Source: Octopus sinensis
Lineage: Eukaryota
Direction of reading: 5' to 3'
Length of the DNA: 64,000 bases
Assembly (NCBI RefSeq): GCF_006345805.1
Contig: NC_043009.1
Span: 26,598,001 to 26,662,000, forward strand
Shown: in pieces, positions 54,430-64,000 of the stretch
How positions within the stretch are numbered: position 1 is the stretch's first letter
Layout of the letters: the number at the start of each line of letters is the position of its first letter
Position numbers and translations under genes: made by a program
Notes under the pieces: generated by a model
Seen by the model: the letters and a program-made list of their open reading frames with translations, nothing else
Told to the model about the DNA's origin: nothing
Databases searched by the model: none

Positions 54430-54670
54430 TTTCATGAACGGGAGTAGAGCAGGAATTTCAGAAGAATTATGGTCTGGAAAGGAAGGGGCAGGGTGAAGTC
54501 GTTAATGTGGCTGCCATGTGAGGGTAGGAGGAAGGACAGTGTATCGGGAACACCTGAGTGGAGATGGTCTGAGCCCAACCAGCTCTGAGAAGCAGAGGCC
54601 ATTACAGTAGCGAAAGAAAAAAGACAGAGGGGAAACAGCATATCTGTGGGTGAGAGAGTGGCAGTCAACC
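54430..54670 (-). mobile_element. Decayed CR1/L2-group LINE ORF2 C-terminal fragment
   Basis: Minus translation SLTHRYAVSPLSFFFRYCNGLCFSELVGLRPSPLRCSRYT resembles the 'LSHRRxVASLSLFYRY..G.CSSEL' C-terminus of this group. Confidence 0.6.
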
Positions 54671-54816
54671 ATTTTTTACCTTGGGACCTATTTGATTCCT
54701 GCTTTACTGTCGTGGACCTTCATAACCATTTGATGCTTGAAAACAAGTCCTAGAGATGTTTCTTTCAAAGTCCTTGCTTTGTTTTTCACTTGTTCACTTG
54801 CGTATGTTTGCAATAG

Positions 54817-54958
54817 CCCTCACGGAGAGGACATGTTTCAGTGGCCGGAAATATGTTGAACTATGTGAAACATTACAGCTCGCCGCCTTCCATGACTTCT
54901 ATATCTAGCATATCGAAAGACCACATGGAAACTCCATTGTTGGATCGTGTGCATAAGC
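54817..54958 (+). CDS. Gene B candidate exon, 142 nt, phase 0 to 1 (PSRRGHVSVAGNMLNYVKHYSSPPSMTSISSISKDHMETPLLDRVHK)
   Basis: Long pyrimidine tract ending tttgcaatag|, and 47 open non-repetitive codons. The donor c|gtgtgt is weak. Confidence 0.55.
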
Positions 54959-54969
54959 GTGTGTGTGTT

Positions 54970-55000
<31 letters not shown>

Positions 55001-55370
55001 TGATAAAACGGTAAGATAACAAAAGAAAGAAAGAGACCTCAATATTATGTAAATAGAGGAAATTTATCTATACAATATGTTACATTACTCGGTAGTCAAG
55101 ATAAAACTCTGAGTTTCAGATGCCGAAGTGGAAATCCACAACACCATCTCTTCGGTTATCTGGCTATTTGAAAACGTTATGAAAAAATCTTTTCATAACG
55201 TTTTCAAATAGCCAGATAACCGAAGAGATGGTGTTGTGGATTTCCACTTCGGCATGAAACTCAGAGTTTTATCTGACTACCGAGTAATGAACATATTGTA
55301 TAGATAAATTTCCTCTATTTACATAATATTGAGGTCTCTTTCTTTCTTTTGTTATCTTACCGTTTTATCA
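55001..55370. repeat. Near-perfect 370-bp palindrome (185/181-bp arms, 4-nt loop AATC) in (TA)n
   Basis: The arms differ only by small indels totalling about 4 nt. A fragment of the same family lies at ~44012-44078. Confidence 0.95.
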
Positions 55371-55390
55371 ATATTATAATATATATATAT

Positions 55391-55678
55391 ACAAAATGGG
55401 ACAAGAACGCAAAACATCCAGAAGACGATACAAAAATCACGGACGGGTCATTCGAAGCCTTTAATCTTCAGTCAAGAACCGGATCATCCTCGCAATTTCG
55501 GCTGAATGCTGTTAGCATAGTTTTTCCTTGGGGCTGGCCAGATTGGAGCAATCTCAAGATTAATCAGCCGAAATTGCGAGGATGATCTCGTTCTTGACTG
55601 AAGATTAAAAGCTTCGAATGACCCGTCCGTGTTTTTTGTATCGTCTTCTGGATGTTTTGCGTTCTTATCCCATTTTGT
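55391..55678. repeat. Foldback element (115-bp arms, 58-nt spacer) in (TA)n
   Basis: 55391-55505 is inverted at 55564-55678. A solo forward copy lies at 53985-54096. Confidence 0.92.
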
Positions 55679-55846
55679 GTGTATATATATATATATATAT
55701 CGTTTTGGGATTTGGAGTCAAGACTATTGAAAAGGTTACAAGATGCAATGAAAATTTTAGGAAAATAAAAATAAGAAATAAGTGGAAATTTTACCGGTGT
55801 GTATGTTACATTATAAGGCACAAAAAGAAAATGACTCTCCCCAGAT

Positions 55847-55877
<31 letters not shown>

Positions 55878-56811
55878 AACACGTAGGCGTAGTTGTGTGG
55901 TTAGAAGTTTGCTTCCCAACCATATGGTTCCGGGTTCAGTCCCACTGCGTAACATCTTCTACTATAGCCTGGGGCCGACTAAAGTTTTATGAATAAATTT
56001 GGTAGACGGAAACTGAAAGATGCTTGTCGTATATATATGTATTGTTTGTGTGTCTGTGTTTGTCACCCCACCATCACTTGACAACCGGTGTTGGTGTGTT
56101 TACGTCCCCGTAACTTAGCGGTTCGGCAAAAGACACCGATAGAATAAGTATTAGGTTCACAAAGAATAAGTCCTGGAGTCGATTTGTTCGACTAAAGCCG
56201 ATATTCCAGATTGGCCGCAGTCAAATGACTGAAACAAGTAAAAGAATAAAAGAATACACACGCACACACACACACATACGCTTTTGTTTAATATTAAAAA
56301 ATCAGTCAAAATCAGTGGAATGGCAGAATCGTTAGCATGCCGGAGAATATTTCGTCCGTCTTGACGTTCTGAGTTCAAATTCCGCCGAGATCGACTTCGC
56401 CTTCCATCCTTTTCAATGTCAATAAAATAAGTACCAGTTAAACACTGGGGTCGATGTAATCGACTTATTCCTGTCCCCGAAATTGCTGGCCTTGTGCCAA
56501 AATTGGAAACCTATATTAAAGGAAGAGTTTATAGATACAAGCCTCAGAAACTGAAGAATATTATTTGCGGTGATAATAGGAGGTTGCGTGGAACCTAAAA
56601 GAACTCGAACCTGAAAATAAAAGGCATTTGACGAATATTATATCCCATAATTAATTAGAATGAATTTCCAACGTCCAAGGTTATATCACGGAAGATGGAT
56701 GGAATGATGGATGAGAGATGGATGAATGAATAAATGGCAAAGCGGACAGACAGGCGGACAGACGGACAGACAGACAGGCAGGCAGGCAGGCAGGCAGGTA
56801 GAAAGATAGAC

Positions 56812-56855
<44 letters not shown>

Positions 56856-57656
56856 GCTAGCTGGTTGAGTACAATAACCAATCTTCAGTCGTGCTATTAC
56901 TTTCGTATAACAATCTTTAATCAAAGGCGTTTTTTTTATTTTCATTTCCAAGGTGTTAAAATCTCACATTTGGCGTATTTTTCTTCCACGAATTTCCTGA
57001 GGTTTTTTTCTATGTAAACTCTAAAAATAAAAATAAAATAAATTTAGGAAAAGGGTTAATTTTTTTTTTTTTTTTTTGCCATTTTATTCTTTTCTTTTCC
57101 GCTTTGGTGTGTGTGGTGGGGGTATATTGTTTTGAAAGGATGTTGAAGTTTATTTGAGGTTTGAGTCTTTTGTGAGTAAAACATTATTTATAAAAGAATC
57201 CATTATGAACAAATAGCATAAAAGTGTATTTAAAAAAAAAAAGAAAAAACAAGATGTTATCAGGTTTGTTTCCCTTTTTATAAAGAGAATGAAAAAATAT
57301 TTTGATGATTCACTCACTAACATAAAAAAACAAACAGGAACTTCACCTGCGTCGAACGATCGATCACTGCATTTCATTCACACATCCCGCCCGCAAGGTT
57401 ACCCTGCCCCGGTCGCCGTATAACCCTCTCTATCTCGCTATCTGTCTCTCTATCTATTACTTTTATTCATTAAGTGAATAAAGAATGACTGTTTTTTTAT
57501 CATTAAACAACTTACTATTGTATCGAATATGGTCGTTTCAATACACAATTGTCCTTCGTGTTTTTTTCTCTTTTCTTTTATTGTTACCTTTATAACAAAT
57601 ACACTTATCATTATCATCATTATTATATTATTATTAGCATTATTATTGTTATTTAG

Positions 57657-58447
57657 GCGGTGAGCTGGCAGAAACGTTAGCACGCTGGGCGAAATGCTTC
57701 GCGGTTTTTTCGTCTGCCGTTACGTTCTGAGTTCAAATTCCGCCGAGGTCGACTTTACATTTCGTCCTTTCGGGGTCGATTAAATAAGTACCAGTTACGC
57801 ACTGGGATCGATGTAATCGACTTACTCCGTTTGTCTGTCCTTGTTTGTCCCCTTTGTGTTTATCCCCTTGTGGGTAGTAAAGAAATAGGTATTTTGTCTG
57901 TTTTCCTGTTCTGAGTTCAAATGCCACCGGAGTCGACTTTGCCTTTCATCCTTTCGGGGTCGATAAATTAAGTACTAGTTGAGTACTAGGGTTGATATAA
58001 TTGACTACCCTCTCCCTCAAATTTCAGGCCTTGTGCCTATAGTAGAAAGGATTATCATTATTATCAAGGTAGCGTGCTGGACGAAATGCTTAGCGTATTT
58101 CGCTTATCGCTACGTTCCGAGATCAAATTCCGCCGAGGTCGACTTTGATTTTCATCCTTTCAAGGTCGATAAAATAAGTACAAGTTGAACACTGGTGTCG
58201 ATGTAATCGATTCATCCCCAGTGGAAAGGATTATTATTATTATGGCGGCGAGCTGGCAGAATCGTTACCAAGTCAGGCAAAATGCTCATCAGCATTTCAT
58301 CTGTCCTCACGTTCTGAGTTCAAATTTCACCGAGGTCGACTTTGCCATTCATCTTTTTGGGGCCGATAAATTAAGTACCATGTAATCGACTATCCCCCCA
58401 ACCCACCCACAAAAAAATTTCAGGCCTTGTGACTTTAGTAGAAAGGA
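57657..58447 (+). mobile_element. Family 1 SINE cluster (dimer plus two further copies separated by (TTA)n)
   Basis: Four cores. AAAGAAATAG|GTATTT junction at ~57889. Confidence 0.9.
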
Positions 58448-59510
58448 TTATTATTATTATTATTATTATTAGAGGGATGAGCCGTCCTTATATATAAGAA
58501 TAAGTTGAAACAATCACCAAAACCCGTGCAGTTTAATTTAACATCTTGGGAAAGTTATTGTCTAAAAATTGTTCTGAGTGGTGTAAAATGTGTTATGACG
58601 CATCTAAACAATTTGAGATGAAGAAACAGAACAATGAAGAGTTATATCCTGCAGTCAACAGACACATTTGTCCAATCCCAGGCAAAACTAAGACCACCAT
58701 TGTCCCCGTTGAGACTTCATAGCAAAATCTGTGCTCGGACTCAAATTGCATTCACGCGTCCATTGCAAATAGATGCAGATTATTTTGTTTTTAATCCTTT
58801 TTCTCAAAACAAAAATGCTTTCCTGCAATCATTCATACGTCGAAATCGGCAGGGGTGGCCATTATTATAATTATTATTATTCTCATCATTATCATTCACA
58901 TGTGGTATTTTTTCAAAATTTTCTAATTCAATAAAAAAAAAACTTTATAATTCTTTTCGAAGAAATGTCCTTCCCTCACTCATCATTCTTCTTAAATTAT
59001 GCCTTTTATGATGGGTTATATTTACTCTCGACTCTTTCCATCTCTTCTCATTGTTTTTTTTTCTTCTTTTTCTAGTTCTCTTTCTCTTTCTCTCTTTCTT
59101 TCCCTCTCTCTATATCCAACTGTATCCCCTATCTCTCTCTCCATTTTCTCTTTCTTCATTCTCCCCTCCTTTTTTCCATTCCTCTCTCCGTTTCTAACTC
59201 TCTATCTATACCCCTTTGTCTCTATATTTTCTTTCATTTCGTTTGTTCCTTTATCAATATCCTATCTCATCTCTCATATCTCAATCAGTAACGAAATCTC
59301 CCTCTCCTACGCCACCCTTTTCCCCCACACATACGCATACGCACACACCAATTCGAAAGAACTGCTTCTTGGCCTAACGTGGCGTGACTTGATTGGCTTA
59401 ATGTAGCGTAGATTTTGGCACCGTGTGTAAGTCAGAGGTGATAACATCTCCTTTTCTCTCTCTCTTTCTTTCTTTCTTGCCTCGTCTTGCTTTTCCTTCT
59501 TTCTTACAAG

Positions 59511-59543
59511 GCCCTTCGCTTTTGTCATGTCTAGACGATCAAA
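59511..59543 (+). CDS. Gene B candidate microexon, 33 nt, phase 1-1 ((R)PSLLSCLDDQ)
   Basis: About 60-nt pyrimidine tract ending ttacaag|, donor aaa|gtatgt. Confidence 0.55.
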
Positions 59544-59658
59544 GTATGTACCAGTTTAGCCAAGGGTTATTTTGCTAAGGAGAGAGAATGAAATAAAACA
59601 AAACAAGATGAAAAAGATGTAAAAGACGAGCATAAAATATGCTAATACATTCTTAAAG

Positions 59659-59685
59659 GACCTTTCCCGGCCTCCTACACCTTCG
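59659..59685 (+). CDS. Gene B candidate microexon, 27 nt, phase 1-1 ((R)PFPASYTF)
   Basis: Branch-like GCTAAT at 59641, ttcttaaag| acceptor, tcg|gtaaga donor, 115-nt upstream intron. Confidence 0.55.
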
Positions 59686-60254
59686 GTAAGAGAGAGATTA
59701 ATCAGATTTTGTCATCAGCGTATTTACCGTGCAATATCGTCTGGCTTTCTTCCAAATGTAAAGCTGACCTTGAAGTTCTCTACTGATAAATATCTTCAGT
59801 TTAAATGAAACGCGACGCTTGCTTTTCACTTCAGAATTATTCGGCGCCATCTTTGTTTTCTGCATTTTTCGTTTTGCTTGCTTGTTCTTGAAAATTTTGT
59901 TTTATTTTTCTTCATTTTTCTTTTTAATATTTGTAGGTGTATGATACATGCCATGCGTTATGAGATGGTTGTATGTATGTTTGAATAAATGCGTGTACGT
60001 GCGTGTGTCACGCAGACGTGTATATATATATATATAAATTACATTTACATATCTCTGTATGTATATATATACCTACATACATACATACGTACATACATAC
60101 ATACAGAGATATGCAAATATATATGTATGTATGTATGCATGTATTTATATATATAAATATGTATGTATCTAGATATATGTATATACCAATGTACACACAC
60201 ACAAACACAAATACGACCCAATGAACGCACAAACATACCAGCACGCACATTCAT

Positions 60255-60288
<34 letters not shown>

Positions 60289-60309
60289 TGTGTGTGTGTG
60301 TGCGTGCAG

Positions 60310-60375
60310 GCTTACTGCAATCACCCGGTTTCAATAGTTCTGCTGTTATATATCACTGCAGGCTTTTATACAAAG
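60310..60375 (+). CDS. Gene B candidate exon, 66 nt, phase 1-1 ((G)LLQSPGFNSSAVIYHCRLLYK)
   Basis: (TG)n ending cgtgcag|, donor aag|gtacgc. Confidence 0.5.
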
Positions 60376-61420
60376 GTACGCCTTACTTCCCATGTCGTTG
60401 GCTTTAGCAAGAAGAACCAGTGCTCCATATTGTAATTGTTGGTGGTGGTGGTAGCGGTAGTGATAACGCTGTGTATTGCAATGTAGCGGTGATCTTATCT
60501 CTTCAGTAGCCTAAATAAAATGAATGATTAATGCTACACTCTGTACATTCTTCTAATCACTGATACCGTTCGGTTAATCTTATCTTGCGGCCCTATTGTG
60601 GGTCTTATTGTTGCACTGCACAAAAGCTATGAATATATTTAGAATGCCTATACAGACGAAAATAAACTATGAAACGAAACATTTCGGACCTTATATGTGG
60701 TCGCTTGATTTTGCTAGAAATAGCAAACAAATTCATTATTAAAATCATACTCAAATATAAAGCGTTATGATTTGCTTGAACCATGGCATTATAGGTAAAT
60801 AATATAAATGTTCGAGAAAAAGCTTTGGGCGATGCAGGCTTGCCGGTAATAAAACATTTCTCAGAAGTCTTTACATATATATATATTATATATATATATA
60901 TATTTGAAAGAGTGAACCTTTGCCGAAATACTAAATTTTATTAAAGAACCTATGTGAAGTAATACAATATTTTCTTAATCGGCATCGCTCTGTATATTTT
61001 ACCTTGCTTCTTACCTGCATTGCTCAAAGGTTTTTTTTTGGGGGGGGGGGGCATTTATATCACAAACTCAAATACCTTTAAAAAGTGAGACAACATTGAT
61101 AATGTTACTGTATGTTCCCTTGCAAAAACGTATCTGTTAAGGTTGGAATGTTCGATCAGAGATTGGCTAGGGACCACACGACAAAGCCGGCAACAACAAT
61201 ATCAACAACAACGAGTTAAGGATAGTAGCCTTTATGTGATCACTTGTAAGAAATAGAAGCCATATAGCTATCAAATTATATACTACCATCTTTAAAAGGG
61301 GGACTACATTCTAAATGATAGGCTTGTATGCTTCTAAAAGGCCAGTACCATCAGAGATGAAATTCCTTTGAGCGTGGCTTGGGTCAGTCAGGGTGGATCT
61401 TGGGCTAAACAACAACAACA

Positions 61421-61452
<32 letters not shown>

Positions 61453-62442
61453 AAATGAGTTTCAAACGAGCAAATGTGGAGTCTTCAGTAAAGCTAGAAA
61501 TAACAGATCTACTGGACTAGGACTGATCTGAACCTGAGCGGCAACAACAGCAGAATGAATAGTTCCACCCGTAATAAAAACACACTTTTCCGGTGTTGTC
61601 AGTCATTTTAGAAACATTTCAGTCGCTTTTTTTCTTTTTTTTTTCAGCTAAACATACAATTTTTTTTTACTTGTTTCAGTCATTAGATCGTGGTCATGCT
61701 GGGGCACTGCCTTGAAGTTTTTTAATCGAACAGCTCGATCTTAGATCTGGTACCTTTTACCGAACCGCCAAGTTTGGGTGGCATAAACAAATCAACACCG
61801 GTTATCAAGTGGTAGTGAACAGAAACACAAAGATACACTCGCATATTCTCAAAAACACACAACGGGCTTCTTTCGGTTTCCATCAGCTAAATCTACTCTC
61901 AAGGCATTGGACGAGTCCGGAAGCCACGCGGTTGCAAAGCGTGTTTTTTAACCACCCAGCCATGTCTGTGCCTATATCCATTTTAAATAAAATATGGCCT
62001 TACTTACAACATATAACAATGGTCGAAATCTAATTTTTAAGACGTGAAGGGATATAAATTTGATGCAGGCGAGACTTTCCTCGGACCCTTAGACTCCACT
62101 GTTTACTGTTTACGGGAAGTATTAATTACGAAAATTAATTTGAATGGTGTTAATAAAACTTTAATTTTCAAACATTCAACTGGCTCTATTCATTCAAAAT
62201 TCTGTTAACTTTTTATTACTTTAGACCTGTTCAAAATAAAGCAATGTTAATTTTTACTAACGCAATGATTGACCCAATGCATCACCCGATGTGACACCGC
62301 TACCTAGCATAAATTGATAGACATAACACACTGTCCACTTTAAACATTTTAGTGGTGTTCACTTTGTTGCCGTCACCGAAAACATTAACTCATCTCTCAA
62401 GTTTATCTTCTTTTTTTTTTGTGGGGTGGGGTTTACCTGCAG

Positions 62443-62476
62443 ATGTTCATCATCTACATGAGTCTCATCTATCTAG
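62443..62476 (+). CDS. Gene B candidate microexon, 34 nt, phase 1 to 2 ((D)VHHLHESHLS)
   Basis: tttacctgcag| acceptor, tag|gtaaga donor. Third codon positions are A/T-rich in this frame. Confidence 0.6.
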
Positions 62477-63233
62477 GTAAGAATCTTCAAATATCACAAA
62501 TATTACTTCCTCTTCCATTTCTAAGAGTATGGGGTTGTAACTAGTTGCATAGGAAATTCTCTAATAACACCTATGGGGTCATTTAGTATAACACAGTTGT
62601 TTTAAGGAGTTTGTGGATTTTTTTTTACTGTTCGTTAGAGGCCAGTATTTCTGGTTCGAGTTCTAAGCCTCTCTTCTATCAAACAACAAGGAACAGGGCT
62701 GCAGCATACAAAGGAATTAATTACCATTTCCTTCAGATTTGAAGGCGTTTTACAAAGCAGTGTGTCACAAATATATATAAGCACATGCACGTGACACACT
62801 CGTAGCTAAAATGCTCGTGAGATGCACACGTGACACTCGTGATGAAAATGCATGTGGCACAAGTGAGATGTGCACATGATTCACATGTGACAAAATGTAC
62901 GTGATATCCACACGTGACTCACGAACGATAAAAATGCACATCATATAAGATATGCACAGGGTACACATGTAGCATATTTGCACGTGAGATATGTGCCATA
63001 TAAAGAAAATGTGTTGACCAAAATACAATAGTTCGTTTTGTTTTTTGTTTTTTTCTTAATGTTCGGTTGTACTGATTCCAGCTGATTAATTGGTAATTAA
63101 TTTCCATACATTAAGAAGTGACGTTTGAAAGTCATAGTTGACCTCTGCAAGATTTGAACTCAAAACCAAGACGGATGAAAAAGGGGTACAGTACGCCATG
63201 CTATTGTTTCGGCCAAATCGCTTTCCTCTTGTA

Positions 63234-63661
63234 CAGGGTATTCAAAAAGCCTCTCCGCAGTGAATTTTTCGGTGAATGGATTATTTCGAAGGGACTTTGG
63301 CCACCAAGATCACCTGATTTAACATCGCCAGACTTTTTTTTCTGGGGAGCAAGTAAAGGAACAGTGTACAAGAATCGCCCGAAAAACCATTAATGAGCTA
63401 AAAGACGCAATCATAAAAGACACAATCAAAATAACCTTCACACGGTCCATACCTCGTCAGACTCTCCAAGGTGTATTTCAAAACATGTGTAGAAGAGTCA
63501 ACTTATGTATTGAAAATGAAGGACGACACTTTCAACACCTCTTATAAAGCTTTTTTAAAGTCTTGTAAAGTCTAATATATTCTTTTGTAGTCTTATAACA
63601 TCTTATAAATATTTATTTTGCAATAAAATACTTACTGCGGAGGGACTTTTTGAACACCCTG
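63234..63661 (+). mobile_element. Internally deleted Tc1/mariner element (maT/rosa-like C-terminus) with intact TIRs
   Basis: TA|CAGGGTATTCAAAAAGCCTCTCCGCAGT … ACTGCGGAGGGACTTTTTGAACACCCTG|TA. Peptide WPPRSPDLTSPDFFFWG … EGRHFQHLL*. Confidence 0.93.
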
Positions 63662-63832
63662 TATCTTAAATATATTTTGAAACGTGAGCGAGTACTAAAA
63701 AACAAAGTACACAGATCTTGCCTAGAGCTCTGACGCTACTTTTTCACCTGTTACCCTCTGACCTTCAAAATCTCTCTCACACACACGCATACACACATAC
63801 CTATATGTATGTATTCTCTTTTTGTTTTACAG

Positions 63833-63848
63833 AAAAAGGAATGTGTTG
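63833..63848 (+). CDS. Gene B candidate microexon, 16 nt, phase 2 to 0 ((R)KRNVL)
   Basis: Strong tctctttttgttttacag| acceptor, modest ttg|gtatac donor, phase fits the previous exon. Confidence 0.45.
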
Positions 63849-64000
63849 GTATACATACATTTTTCTGTGCTATTGTTACTATTATCGTTTAGCCCCAGGC
63901 CAGCTTTCATCCAGCAAATCTATTTATGATCTAAAACATTCTAACAGGGATAATCCAGGATTATATTATCTAATCTCCCTCTTTTTCTTAAGATGAGATA

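Noticed and set aside
58537-58722. 61-codon Cys-containing open frame (…KNCSEWCKMCYDASKQF…ETS*)
   Set aside because: No convincing acceptor in a phase compatible with gene B, and no start codon context.
77-63996. The many YI-, HT-, CV-, LSIY-, poly-N, poly-I and poly-S-rich ORFs in the track
   Set aside because: They are translations of (TA)n, (CA)n, (ATCT)n, (GA)n and trinucleotide microsatellites.

Overview
This is AT-rich, repeat-dense eukaryotic genomic DNA with one 100-N scaffold gap (26876-26975). The SINE families and microsatellite load suggest an octopus or other coleoid cephalopod, which is an inference. Almost all ORFs in the supplied track are translated microsatellites or SINEs, not genes. 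Well-supported content: a 5'-truncated RTE-clade LINE with a 13-bp TSD (321-2025); an R4/Dong-like RLE-domain LINE end sitting in (TAA)n; a Tigger/pogo transposase relic; an internally deleted Tc1/mariner element with TIRs; a Lep1-like non-autonomous Helitron; several MITEs; dozens of copies of three tRNA-derived SINE families, some as head-to-tail multimers; and a set of (TA)n-embedded foldback elements, three of which carry minimal hammerhead-ribozyme-like motifs of the Penelope type. Manual splice-site reading suggests two plus-strand genes the ORF track misses. One is the 3' end of a gene (2.2-10.0 kb). The other is a phase-consistent chain of seven small exons (51.8-63.8 kb, 136 codons, no stop). 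I could not assign either protein to a family.
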